Below are positions 13,061-26,118 of a DNA stretch of 64,000 bases, piece by piece. The stretch is taken from assembly GCA_051362555.1 (NCBI GenBank), contig CM120643.1:25920848-25984847 (forward strand), in the 5' to 3' direction. The notes under the pieces were generated by a model that saw nothing but the letters and a program-made list of their open reading frames with translations, searched no databases and had not been told where the DNA came from. Numbering within the stretch: position 1 is the first letter of the stretch; each line of letters opens with the position of its first letter. Position numbers and translations under genes: made by a program. This DNA comes from Lingula anatina. Taxonomy: Eukaryota; Animalia; Brachiopoda.

Positions 13061-14994
13061 GATACGATCTTGGGTCAAACACTCATGGTCGGAAGTGGGT
13101 CCGTACACGACAGTCATATTTGCACAGCGCGCCTGATAAATATGTCGTCGTCGAAGGGAGAGAGAGAGCGGAGCCACTCAACCTTCACGTGTGGGACTTG
13201 CGTAATTAGTGGGTCAACAAATTTATCTTGACTCAGCGTTCAATCAACCATTTGTGTATGACATGTGCTGAGCACCATGACTCATTTTCCTACTTTCCTT
13301 TAAAATATCCATCGATAAAACGATTATTTTGATTGAATCTGTATAGACATACCCCCTCTGAATAAAAAAAAAAAGAGCATGCGTTTTTCTCCCCAACAGA
13401 TGGCAAGGTACACGGAGATATCTATGGAAGGGGGGGTGTGAGTGAAAGGGGTTAAATATATAAGCAGGGGCGGATCCAGGATTATTTGAAGGGGGGGGGG
13501 GGAGGGGGTCCGCGGATTCACAGCCGACCCTTAACGCCACCCCCACCCTCTCTCGCTGAATGTCCTGAGTTGCCCCTCTCCCCGGGCCTACAAGAAGCTA
13601 GATATCCGGCTGTCAAGATATAGGCTTGCGTCACCTCAGAAGTCGATATGCCGATGCATGATAAACATCCTAAAGTTACCTTACCCCCGCCAGCTGATTG
13701 CTTTGTCAAAATATGTGGACCACTTGGATACCTGTGTAATATGTGAACCACTTAGATACCCGTGTAATACCTCTGGAGAGTTAATTACTTAAGCGCAGCC
13801 CCTTGATATGATACAAGGTGAAAGATGGAGTAGGTAGGTTATCGGTAACGCTAATTATAACTTCACCATGATCAGGGGCGGATCCAGAGATGTTTTCTGA
13901 CAGTCTTCCAAATTATCTTTGTTGATGCATCCTCCATTTTTGACAGTCTTCCAACAGAAAAAAATAGATACCTGTCAATGTAAACTTTAAAATCTGACCG
14001 TCTTCCAGAGGACATAGAAGACGGTCTCCATCCGCCCCTAGCTGCCATGCATCTCAATCCTTCCATGAGAGAATATGCACATTTAATCTACATCCCTTTT
14101 TTACGACAGTCCAATGATGGATGATTATGAGAACCGGGCTTAAATTTCAATTTATTGAATAAAATGTGGTGTGACTTTTTCAGTACATGCGCATGGTCTT
14201 ACCTCGGGCCCAAAAACTTTTATATCCATAGCTTTCCTATCGTGCCATTGGGGATTAATGCTACATATATGTTATGGCTTTCAATTATAGTTTATATCTA
14301 AATTTATAAAGAATAATAGCCGGTTTTTAAATTTCCTGGGTTGGTACCCTTCACTACAGCACTGGTTACGGTATAACGTGTTGCGACATAATCTTGTTGC
14401 CACACAATCGTGGAATTTCCTTTTAGAAGTAATATGTTCCACTAAATAATTGGTATATGTACATGTTGTGCAATTTTAAAAAAGGAAAATAGATTAAGTA
14501 GACACTTTCGATGTGAATTGCAAAGGAATGTTAACAGAAAGAATCAGGCATGGGGGGGGGGGGGGAGGGTTAAAATGAAAGTTATTGTATTGGTACCCCC
14601 GATCAATAGCAAGGTTTGGTCAAGTTAATCTCCATATAAGCCATTGGGCAACTTTACCCGAGGTGTCCAGTCAAATAAACGACAAAAGGTACAGCTATAC
14701 GTAGAACAGTGTATGCATTGCACTAGAAAAGCTCCAGATACCGGGATAAAATTTTGGACAAACTTAATTAAGTCAACAGCGTGGTTCGCTAGACCTTTAT
14801 ATAGCAAAAATAATAAAGAAATAGGATACAGGTTATTAAATGAATAAATAAAGCAAAAAGATACAATTATATACATTTTTCTGGAAACTTCAACGATTTC
14901 CCATGATCACCAAGATATATCCTTTTCAATTGGGACCCTGCTAATATTATGAAATCATATGCCCGGAGTAACTCATGATCAACGTCCGACTTTT

Positions 14995-15006
14995 AACAAC
15001 AACAAC

Positions 15007-15053
<47 letters not shown>
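14995..15053. repeat. (AAC)n(AAT)n microsatellite
   Basis: Seen directly. Confidence 0.95.
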
Positions 15054-15055
<2 letters not shown>

Positions 15056-16442
15056 TTATTCAGCTTTAAATGTTACACATTAATATTGTTCGTTAACTAA
15101 GCTTCTTCTATCTATTATATATCAAAAATATAAATAACTTTTTGAAATAGCAGAGAAAACTCAAGTAAAACTATAACCGTCCAGGTGTGAACTGCCTCGA
15201 ATCCCATCATGCAATTTCCATCATGGGTGGAGTAAATGTCAGTGTAAAACTAAATGATAGATAAAAAATGCAACGTTATTTTTCTCCATAACGTAACTTG
15301 TAGGCTTATCAAACCAAGAAATTCATTGCAAAATCAAACAAAGCCTTGGGCACATGACGGACTTCAGCATTGATGGTGCAGAGATCAAGTATGGGGACTG
15401 GCGTCGCTCGGGATAATAACTCGAAAGCTATCTATACCCGAATCTAGAAAAATACTTCATAGGAACAAAAATTTTCTACGTTCCGAAAATTTCACTTCGA
15501 CTTTAAGCCTCCAAAAGCCTCTTACTTTTTAGCTCAACGAAAATGTTCCGACACATTTCCACATAACTCGACAGGTATCTACCCGGTATACCTATGATAC
15601 ATGTACATGTAGCTCTCGTCCAACAGTTTAGGCATGAATTAACACCAATACAGTGCATGTTGATCGTGACCAAAAGTAATGTATGATTAGGGAATGTGAC
15701 AGACTGTTCTAAGCCTTTTCTCGCCCGATTACAGCTTTAATCACTTAATGTTATGAACATCACACCCACGTGTTGGGTGGGGACGATATTGCACCTAAAG
15801 ATCGCTCATTTTGACTTATAAGAATTTATCGCAAAAATGGACGAGGAAAAAGCAGAATATACTGAGTCCATGGCACAAGCCTGACAAGGTAAAAAATGAC
15901 TAAGATTAACGGACAGACCCAGAGGTTCAAAGAACATGGGAAATTCTCTATCTGCATTTTTAAGGTTGGACAACAATGTTTGCTGAAATTGCCTTGATAA
16001 GACATTGATGGCAGTCAGGATGGTAGGCTGCTGGGGGGGGGGGGGGGTTTCCCCCTTATAGTTTTTTGTAATGTTATTAATTTTTAGGGTATTTTTAAAC
16101 CCTTACTCAACCTTTTCTTTTATCTCAGTGACCAGAAGACTCTTATTTTTCTTTCAGTCAGCGAGAAAATTAATATCACAGGCGATACAAATATCCTGTT
16201 TTCATATATTGCCAGTCTTCAATTGCCCTCTTCCCTCATTGCCTGATGTAAGTTTTCAGCATTAGAAATCCGGAATGTCTGGGTTGACAGGGAGGCAAGA
16301 AAATACAAGTCACAGTATTTTACAAATATCTTAAAGATTACTCATCTCAAAGCATATCATTATAAAACCAGCCAGATGTTTCAGATATCATAACGTGAAG
16401 AAATAGCACCGAATTTCGTTACATTATTTACCGTACTTTTTG

Positions 16443-16741
16443 CAACGTTATCCTCGTTGTTGTAAGCGGCAAAAGAAATCTGAAAGGAGGATCAGAAACC
16501 AAGTCCTTTTTGTCTTCCAACCTTGGGATAGCGCACTTACTTACAGCATTGAGTGTATTATTAGAAGGGGCAATGGGCGATTTCAATAATATAGGGCTCT
16601 GGGCTCACAAGTGCCCTTTGCAACACTTTATTCACTGCAGACATTTTCACCTCATTTCTCATCTTTGTAATAACACTTGACGTGCTTCTTTTTGTCTGTT
16701 TCCCGTTCAAAACCAGTTTCATATGCTACAGAAAAACTCCT
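16443..16741 (+). pseudogene. Degenerate receptor fragment (TM1-TM3 coding sequence) upstream of copy 1
   Basis: Aligns by eye to 18450-18770 (GATCAGAAACCAAGTCCTT, CACTGCAGACATTTTCACCTCA, TTTCCCGTTCAAAACCAGTTTCATATGC) with indels. Confidence 0.88.
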
Positions 16742-17369
16742 TACTTTTTGATCTTTACGGAATGAACGGAAAATAAAAGAGAATATTTATGATCAGAAAT
16801 TAGACGAAGGTGCTCTTTTAAGTGAATATTCTCAGTATGCGACCCTGGATATACATGTAACAGTAATGTCCATTTTGATTTTTACTGGCTTTAATTTTTA
16901 CTGGTAGGTAATTCACCATCTCATGAGAACTGATGTCTATATTTTCATTTAGACATGTCATTTTGGGCGCCTTGATATTTAAGACATTGTGTTGTCGATC
17001 TTTTTGCTTTGTCTCTCTTGCTCATAACAATTACAGCTGGCATAAAATAATGCCTGACGGAGAAAATAGATATAGGATTTTGAAAATTCTTGTGCAGGCT
17101 AGCTCTGTCAAGACATTGTTTTTCTTCTTACATAAATGTATACGTGTGTAACTGTCGAGATCTCCTGTCATTTCACACACAGCTCTGCACAGAACATTTA
17201 AACATGAAACCGAAATAATTAAACCTTTCATCAATTCTTATCCTTGTCCATCACGAAATTAATCACACCACATATATAAGCAAAGCTAGCTACATGTAAG
17301 TCTGTCTATTTGCCATCGTTGTCTCAATACATTGGTGACTTCTTCGACGTGTAGCTCCCAGCCAAAGCT

Positions 17370-18782
17370 ATGCTGTTTTTCATTTTTCCTATTTGCATTA
17401 TGCAACTTTCACATTTTCAGGTAAAAAATTTGTTCAGTGAGAATCCTGTCTCCCGCCGAGTGGGTATAATTCAAGTGTTGTCCGGATGTCATTTTAACTT
17501 AACAAGGCAATTATACGACCAGATAACTTCAACATTTGGAATGCAAATCAACTCAGTGGAAGTCGCCATGAACACGATGGACTCATCGTGTTTCTTTAAT
17601 TACACCACAATGTTGGACACGAGGAGCGGGATATTTGTTTTAATGGGCGTTGAACAAAAAAATTGCAGTCAGCTGACGAACAGCGCAAAAAGAAGTACTT
17701 TTGTTGACTTTAAGAAAACGGTCGACGGCTTGACACAAGATGGCCTGGAGCACATGGCTCAAATTGTAAACGAAACTGATAATGCATGGGGAAACCGTAA
17801 CCTTACACAAGGTAAAAACTTTACAGCCAACGCTACTTTAAGCACGCATATATGTATCAAAGCATCGCCACAAAACCAGGACATTCATGTTAATCATGAT
17901 CCTTCGTCATCAGATTTGAAAACTGTTTTGAAAGATAGATATTTTTATTGTTTACCGAGGGTTGCAAGCGGACTGACGGACAGTTTTCGAATGACTGACT
18001 CTTGGTTCTCTAACAGCACATATGCTCAGTATTGTGGGGTCGTCGAGTTGTCAGAGGAAGTTTTCACAGCCACGGTGCTGTACGGGATGAACAAAGAAGA
18101 GTGCCTGGCCGAAAATACTCAAGGAATCAGTCAGAAGTTGTACCTTTGCCTTCGACAAGACGTATCAAAGCAGTTATGGACAACTAACGAACCAGGTATA
18201 TCCTGTCCATTTCGACCCAGTGTACTTCCGGCGGCAGTTTTAAATAACACGCGGGAATTAGCAAAGCGCGCGTGTGCAATGGACGTAGAAAAAATCAAAC
18301 CACGTGTCCTGGAAATGGTGGTAAAAAATGATCCATCTGAATGCCTGATCTGGTTGTCCAGCAGTTCCACTGCGAAGATAAAAGACTTTATCGCGGTGTT
18401 AAAAGTATACATATATACTGTGTATATTCTCTGCCCGTTGTCTTTTTTGTGCAACATTATCCTAGTGGTCGTTGTTGTGCGCGGCGAACGAAAACTGAAA
18501 GGAAGATCAGAAACCAAGTCCTTCTTGTCTTGCACCCTTGGAATAGCGCACTTTCTTAGAGCAGTGAGTGAATTATTGGTAGGGATAATGACTGATGTAG
18601 ATCAGAAAGGACATTTCACTGGGTTCACAAGTGCCCTTTGCAGCACGTTATTCACTGCAGACATTTTCACCTCAGACTGGGCTGCAGTTCTCATCTTCAT
18701 CATAACACTTGACAGATTTCTTTTTGTCTGTTTCCCGTTCAAAACCAGTTTCATATGCGCCAGAAAAACTCTCTTCAGATCG
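17370..18782 (+). CDS. Orphan class A (rhodopsin-like) GPCR copy 1, exon 1: signal peptide, Cys-rich ectodomain, TM1-TM3
   Basis: 471 codons. Hydrophobic N-terminus; TM1 with LCNII; TM3 ending ITLDRFLFVCFPFK (DRY-like DRF); donor AGATCG|GTAAGT in phase 0. Confidence 0.9.
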
Positions 18783-19559
18783 GTAAGTGTTAATTTTGAA
18801 GTAAAGAAAAGACAGTTCTTAACAATTTAGATGCTTTTTGTTGTTTTTATTTTCTTTCAAACGACTGAGCTTAAATTTTAAGACATGGCAAATATGCTGT
18901 AAGTTCATTCCATATTTTGCAAACCAACTGGGAATTATGAAGTGAGATTCAGGGTAAGATTCCAAAAATTCAGAGCATAGTTGAACTTTATCTATATCAT
19001 CAGCGTGTACCTTTCTTTATTAAAATAGACATTAAGAGGAAGTTTGAAGCTACATAAAAAATCCCCATTTGTATTAAAACCACCTCTGTTGTCATTTTTC
19101 ATGATGCAGTGATTCTCAACAGATATAATAGTTAAACATGCAATTTGCAGTGAATGATTTCTTATCAGTGTATGGAATTCAAAGGGCTCTAACCTTAACA
19201 TACCCAGTAGCATAGTTTAATTCTCTTTGTATTTTCTTTTTTTTAAATATACCCGAATTATCCATAATCGTTTACGTAAGTACGCTCGATATACCCTCTA
19301 TGGTAAAACTTAATTTTACCATGATGTGAACGCCACAGGGATCAAAAGTCATTTGGGTTTGTTTCGTTTGTCATACTTTTTTTTTTTTGGGGGGGAGGGG
19401 TAGGGGGTAGGGAAGGACCGAAGGTAATGATACCTGCCCCGCCATGCACGTAGATCCGCCACGGATAAGCAGTTACTAACAGCATCTGACGTTTATCAGC
19501 CACCATAATCTTATACCACGAACCAGTCTCCAAAACTGTCATTTCTTTCATTTTTGCAG

Positions 19560-20087
19560 ATGGTTTATGCCGGGGCAGCAACATCTGGAACCGTGGCCTT
19601 CGCAAGCCTACTGTACACTGACGCCCCCTGTGCGTTAGCTGTTGAGAAATACTATGGATGGCAGAGACGCTTAGGAATTGTAGCAGCAATACGCATCATC
19701 GGTAGAATCATGATGTTGTTCGGCATTACCGGGATGAACATCAAGATAATACATTTTATCTGGGCTCAAAGAAAAGCCCGAAAAGAACTCACATCTGGCG
19801 GGAGAAATAAGAAAAAGATTAAAGAAATAATTAGCACCGTGTCTCTGTTGGTTTCGTCTCTTTTTTTCCTTATTCTGTGTACGACATCTGTTATAAGTAT
19901 GGTTTTCATAACATATGTGCCTCTTGACGGAATAAGTTTGTTTGTAGGGTATATTTTTTATGTTGGTAGAGTTGGCGAGTTGTTATACCATGCGTTCAAT
20001 TTACTGGTTTTTCTAATCAGTGGATCGGAATTTCGAGCACAGTTAATGGAGTTGTTAACAAGAAACACCGCCAGTGCACGAATTTAG
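19560..20087 (+). CDS. GPCR copy 1, exon 2: TM4-TM7 and helix 8 (646 aa in total)
   Basis: TTTTTGCAG acceptor, phase 0; four hydrophobic helices; TM7 YHAFNLLVFLISGSEFR; stop TAG. Confidence 0.9.
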   Translation: MVYAGAATSGTVAFASLLYTDAPCALAVEKYYGWQRRLGIVAAIRIIGRIMMLFGITGMNIKIIHFIWAQRKARKELTSGGRNKKKIKEIISTVSLLVSSLFFLILCTTSVISMVFITYVPLDGISLFVGYIFYVGRVGELLYHAFNLLVFLISGSEFRAQLMELLTRNTASARI

Positions 20088-22209
20088 GGAGGCCCATACG
20101 ACATCTTTTTGGCAATACTCAACCTCGGTTAGAAGTCTGTACACAGTAAGGATAGTTTATTTGCTTTATCATGACATTAACTGGAAACATACACTTTTTA
20201 ACAAAACTGGCTTTTTAATCTAACGTTTTGATTTCGAATATTGATTTGATTTCAAATATTTTACCGAACGCTTTTTTCATTAATGGATTAAAATAATTCT
20301 CAGATTCACGTTCATCTTTATCTAAGATTCGTACTAGTTAGTAAATTAGGCAAAATCAGTCGCAGTTATGGGATAAGACAACTGAATAACTTTCGCCTAT
20401 CAGTGCATGCTATCCACAATGAAGGGTTTCATAAATGCATGTAAAATGCCAAATACTGCGAATGAGTGGAAATCATCCAAGTTAGCCCAAAATCTGCCGT
20501 AATGCATTTCCGCGGGACAACTGTTACTTAGAATTCTAAGTTTTGCAGACACGAATCGATGTCCTTTGTCGGACATATTTTCCCAACTAAACTGGGAATT
20601 GATGTTTCCATACGTAGCATTGTGTGTTCATTTTTGTTGAAGTTATGCAATTTATTAAGTTTAGACGAGATTATGCTATATGTATAATTAAATTATTTCA
20701 AATAAAACTCCCAACCCACCTAAATTAAATAAATGATAGAGAAAGAAAAGAAGAACCAAAAATTACTTAATTATTTTCAAATTTCATTTAATTACTTTCG
20801 TGTTTTTAATTTTGTTAAATAAAATCATATCACTGTACATGTAATTTCAAATTAGCGCCATTCCTTTTTATTGTCATGTTAAAGTGGAAAGCACGTACTT
20901 TTCTTATATAAAGTCACTTTTTCATCCAGACGCCTTACCAGTCAGCCTGTGTGGGCGCTGCGGGAGACCGTTCGAAAAATTCAGATATTTATCCCTTCGT
21001 GTTTATAATAATTGTATGGGCATGTAATATTTCAACATTAAAATATTACTTGTACTGGCGTTTGTTATGTATGATTGTTCAGTGCGAAAAGAAATTATGT
21101 CCGACAAGAAAATATGTCCTGGCTTCTTATAAATACAGCTGGGAATCTAGGTCCAGCTAGGATAGTACATCCCAGGGAACGTATGTCCACAAGACATGCA
21201 TTCCTTTCACACCGGGTCAGAAGTAATGGCAGATGATATATACATTCTGCTTGTTTTCTGTGGAACTACAGATTTCTGCACAACTTTAAGGACATATCAT
21301 GTTTGTTTTGAGTGTTATTTCGTAATGCTCCCTGTGACTTTCACTCATTGATAAAAAGTAAGCCCTATAGCTACCTCACGCTTTCTGGCCGCACGTTTTC
21401 TCGTCTTGTATGAAGTAACACAGTCTCGTTTTACTGTATCTCTGATGATTTCCATGGAGAGTTTAAGTCATCATTATATGTAATCATGAACATTAACTTA
21501 GATCACAGTATTTTCTTAACAAATCTTTTTAATTTGGTGTGGGGAAGGAATAAAAAGTGTTTCCTGAAAATTTCAGTTAAAAAGAAAATTCATAGAATTC
21601 CATTTAAATCAAATTTGTTCTGACTATTAGCAATGTTGTTCTTGTAATTAAACTTCATTGATTTTTAAATTTTTAAATTTAAGTTAAACTTGACCTAACC
21701 TAAGAAAAAAAAATAAAATTTTGCTTTTTTTCTTATGTCTTAGGTTAGGTGAAATTTAACTTAAATTTGGTCTAAACATTAAAACAATTTTAAGGCTTAA
21801 AGTTTTTTATTGCTTCATTTATGCAAAACGGAACCAACATGGGTGCACACGCCTTTATCAAAATATAAATGTGTATGTTATACCACATAGTCATTGTATA
21901 ATTTATGTGAGGGAATAAAAATAAACATATTGTTTACATTTGGATCGCTCTATTTGTTTCTTTTTAACCCCCCTCTTATCATGATAGCCTAACCAAGAAA
22001 CTCTCGAGTCACGAAGTGGCGAAAAGAGCATTTGTCTGACCAATAGGATCACACGTCTCAAATCACGAACCATTTATCATGTAAAACGATTCTTTAACTT
22101 GGAGAGAGACGTTGCCACAGGAGTCGAGGGTAATTTTTATGTTCATTGATCAACTTCATTATTTTTCAAATTGAAGCTAGGCGCCTAATTTACTAGTATA
22201 TCAGGAATG

Positions 22210-22986
22210 CTAAAAAAATCTTGGTGTTTTTTTTATTAGATATAACACTTTCTATGAATAAGCAAATAAGTCTATCAGCAATGCTAAAAAAATCTTGATG
22301 TTTTTTAGATAGAACACTTTCTATGAATAAGCAAATTGCTAGCATATGCAAGTCAGCACTATATAACATTAAGTACATAGGACATAGGCGCAATTCGGAA
22401 TCACCTATTAAATCACCTTTTAAATCAGAAGGTCCAAAGGAATGGAATTTATTACCACTGGAAATCCGATCAATTGAGTCTACCAAGCATTTAAAAAATC
22501 ACCTTTTAAATCAGCAGGTCCAAAGGAATGGAATTTATTACCACTGGAAATCCGATCAATTGAGTCTTCCAAGCATTAAAAAAAAAAAAAAATTGAAGAC
22601 ATACTTATTCAGGAATTTTTTTTTAATAATCGACTTTTTAAATTGATTTTAAAAAATTTATAGTAATTGCATTTTTGCACTGTAAGAAATAAGGATGTTC
22701 TACTTATAATTGTTCTATGTGCAAATAAGGCTGTTTTTTTTTTTACCTAGAATTGATTATTTTTTCTTAACAAACATGTTATGTACTGTAAGTGCTTTTA
22801 TGTGAGAATACGTATGTTTCATCTAGAATATTCTTAATTTTTTGTCGTTAAGCTCTGTAATTTTTAAATTATCTATTCCTAATAATTGATTCTTAAGTAA
22901 TTGTTTTATGTACATTTAAAGTCTTCTGAACATGTTATCATTAATTTTAGACTCAAAATAAATTCATTATTATTATTATTATTATA
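22210..22986 (+). mobile_element. 5'-truncated L2/CR1-type LINE 3' end with (ATT)n tail
   Basis: Peptides MNKQIASICKSALYNIKYIG and GPKEWNLLPLEIRSIES..KKKLKTYLF are typical L2 ORF2 C-terminal sequence. Two internal duplications; absent from the paralogous site at ~33300. Confidence 0.75.
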
Positions 22987-25197
22987 ATGTAAACCCGCAT
23001 CTACCAACATGCCCTCCTTTAGAAGAGACGAGGTCGATAGCTTATGGTCAGTTGGAAACGGAGTAGCTGGTCTGTAATGGAAGAAAAACTATTTATTTTG
23101 CCAGAAAATGTCAGCCGTCGGGTTTTTTTTTTGTTTAGAATAAGCATTTGGTAGTCAATTCGAATTATGATGAATATTTCTAATTCTTCTTCATATCTTT
23201 ATAAAATGGTAATATCTGATCTCATCATACGTTCCATTTCATTCGTACAGGAGGTATACTGCTTTTATAATGATGATGTTTCCTGAGAACGAAATTATCT
23301 AATTGGTACATTTGCTGGCTCTTTATGCTATATTAGATGTGTCATGAAAATAATGACAATATCTCTATCACAGAGGATTTGATGTAAAAAATTACAATGG
23401 AAATTAAAATAATTTATAACGCAGTAAAAATATTCATGATTAAGTAATGCATGTGTACAGGGTCTCATGTTCTCATTATAAATGGAGAGTGATATTTTTA
23501 TAAATTTTTGGAAAAAGTTTATTTATGTTTAGGTGTTTAGACTCATCATTATCATAACTAGTTGAAATAAAAATAAGTGAATAACACTTATTTATGGCTA
23601 ATTTCTGACGACGACGCCGAGTTGGAGCTTTCAAAAATTTATTAATCGACTCACTTTTTTTATACAAATACAAGAGTATTAAACCCCATATCTCCACACA
23701 GATCAAACATTGGCGTTTTCTCTGCATCTTCTGCGTGATCAAAGGAATTTCCCATTATAATTTGCCAATGATTCATTGAATATTTCCTTATAGGCAATTC
23801 CTGTGAGTCTTCTTTGCAGTAATTTATCTAGAATATTATATCCATTACATGTACACTGTACATATCATACTTGGGTGGTTCCCAAAGTCCTGTCTGCAGT
23901 TGTTGCATGTATACACGTGATAGAATATCCAATCAAATAAAACTTTAAGGGACTTTGACATTTTCCACTACAATTAGTTTCAGAATATTTTGTATTTGTC
24001 AAAAGTTTGAAAAATGATTCCAATCAGTAAAGGGATCGATTCAAACATTTCTAGTGCATGGTTGGGCTGACATGGTGGTATCAGCCAAGAACAAGAGCAT
24101 TTCATATGCAAGGGTATATATTTCTATTGGAATTGCCGGTCATCGGAATTGCCGGTCATCTTGGATATTTGTAATTGCCTAGAGGTTGCCAATTTTCTAG
24201 GTACCGAAAAATTCTCTTAGACGTTTTTAGCTCAACGAAAATGTCCCGATGGAGCCATTGACGTTTTTTTCACATAACTGGAAAGCTACCAACCCGGTGT
24301 GTGTATGAGAGCTCTCGTCGAACATTTTCGACATGAATTAACATTAACACTGCATATTGATCGTGACCAAAAGTAATGTATGATTAGGGAATGTGACAGA
24401 CTGTTCTGAGCATTTTCTCGCCCGATTACAGCTTTAATCACTTATTGTTATGAACATCACACCCACGGGTGAGGTGGGGATGATATTGCACCTAAAGATC
24501 GCTCATTTTGACTTATAAGAATTTATCGCAAAAATGGACGAGGAAAAAGTAGAATATACTGAGTCTATGGCTCCAGCCTGACAAGTAAAAAATGACTAAG
24601 ATTAACGGACAGACCCAGAGGTCCAAAGATCACGTGAAATTCTCTTATCTGCATCTTTCAGGTGGGACAACAATATTAGCTAAAACTACCTTGATAAGAC
24701 ATTGATGGCAGTGAATATCGCAAAGGGGGAGGGGAGGGGGAAGGGCACGGGGTTGTCCCCTTAAAGATTTTTGAAATATAATTTATAATATTAATTTTTT
24801 GGGTATCTTTAAACCTTTTCCCAACCTTTCCCTTAATCTCAGTGACAACAAGCCTCTCAGTTTTCTTTCAGTCAACGTGAAGATAAGTATCACAGGCGAT
24901 ACAAATATTCTGTTTGCATATATTGCCAGTCTTCAAATAGCCCCCTTTTCTCAAAATCATTGCCTGACGCAAATCTGAGTTTTCAACATTAGAAATCCGA
25001 TAAGTCTGGGTTGACAGATCCGCAGCATCACTATGCAGGCAAGCAGATACAAGTCACCGTATTTACAAATATCTTAAAGATGATTTATCTCAAAGCATTA
25101 CCACTATAAACCAAACCAAGTGCCACCATAATTTTTTCAGACAGCATAACGTGAACAAATAGTACCGAATTTCGTTACATTATTTCCCGCAAATTTT

Positions 25198-25515
25198 GCA
25201 ACATTATCCTCGTCGTCGTTGTTGTGAGAGGCGAAAGAAAACTGAAAAGAAGATCAGAAACCAAGTACTTCTTGTCTTCCAACCTTGGAATAGCGCACTT
25301 CCCTAGAGCATTAAGTGAATTATTGAAAGGGATAGTGACCGATTTATATCAGTATATTTCTCTGGGCCCGCAAGTGCCCTTTGCAACACGTTATCTACTG
25401 CAGACATTTTCACCTCAGACTGGGCTGCAGTTCTCATCTTCATCATAACACTTGACAGGTTTCTTTTTGTCTGTTCCTGTTCAAAACCAGTTTTATATGC
25501 GACAGAAAAACTCCC
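25198..25515 (+). pseudogene. Degenerate receptor TM1-TM3 fragment upstream of copy 2
   Basis: Peptide RGERKLKRRSETKYFLSSNLGIAHFPRALSELL, then a frameshift; equivalent to 16443-16741. Confidence 0.88.
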
Positions 25516-26118
25516 TATTTTTTTCTTTTTACGGAATGGACGGAAAATATTTATGATCAGAAATTAGACGAAGGAGCGCTTTTAAGTGTGTATTCTCAGC
25601 ATGCGACCCTGGATATACATGTAACAGTAATGCCCATTTTGACTTAATTTTTACAGGTAGGTAATTCACCATCTCGTGAGAGCTGATGTCTATACTTTCA
25701 TTTTTTACATTTGGGGCGCCTTGATATTTAAGGCATTGTGTCGCCGACCTTTTTGCTTTGTCTCTCTTGCGCATAACAATTACATCTGGCATAAAATAAT
25801 GCCTGACGGAGAAAATAGATATAGGATTTTGAAAATTGTTGTGCAGGCCAGCTCTGCCAAGACATTGCATTATCTCACACATAAATGTATTCCTGTGAAC
25901 CTGTCGAGATATCCTGTCATTTCACACACAGCTATGCACGGAACATTTAAACATGAAACCGAAACAATTAAACCTTTCATCATTTGTTATCCTTGTCCAT
26001 TACGAAATTAATCACACCACATATATAAGTAAAGCTAGCTACATGTAAGTCTGTCAATTTGCCATCGTTGTCTCAGTACATGGGTGTCTTCTTCGACGTG
26101 TAGCTCCCAGCCAAAGCT

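Noticed and set aside
13464-14070. CAGGGGCGGATCCAG-initiated short elements
   Set aside because: Probably small MITE ends, but I could not define matching TIRs and TSDs.
12970-17370. Functional link between SLC34 and the receptor array (head-to-head arrangement)
   Set aside because: Adjacency over ~4.4 kb in an animal genome is not evidence of co-regulation.
18131-18535. Recurrent antisense ORFs (also 37392-37715, 44510-44839, 19342-19689)
   Set aside because: They are shadows of the duplicated sense CDS, with no independent coding evidence.
18783-18830. ORF-track C-termini of exon 1 ORFs (VSVNFEVKKRQ..., and similar in copies 2, 3, 4 and 6)
   Set aside because: These are read-through into the intron past a conserved GTAAGT donor; length and sequence are not conserved.
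19554-20087. 177-aa ORFs as stand-alone 4-TM membrane proteins (a two-gene operon-like system)
   Set aside because: Each is preceded by a canonical acceptor, joins exon 1 in phase 0, and supplies TM4-TM7 of a single GPCR.
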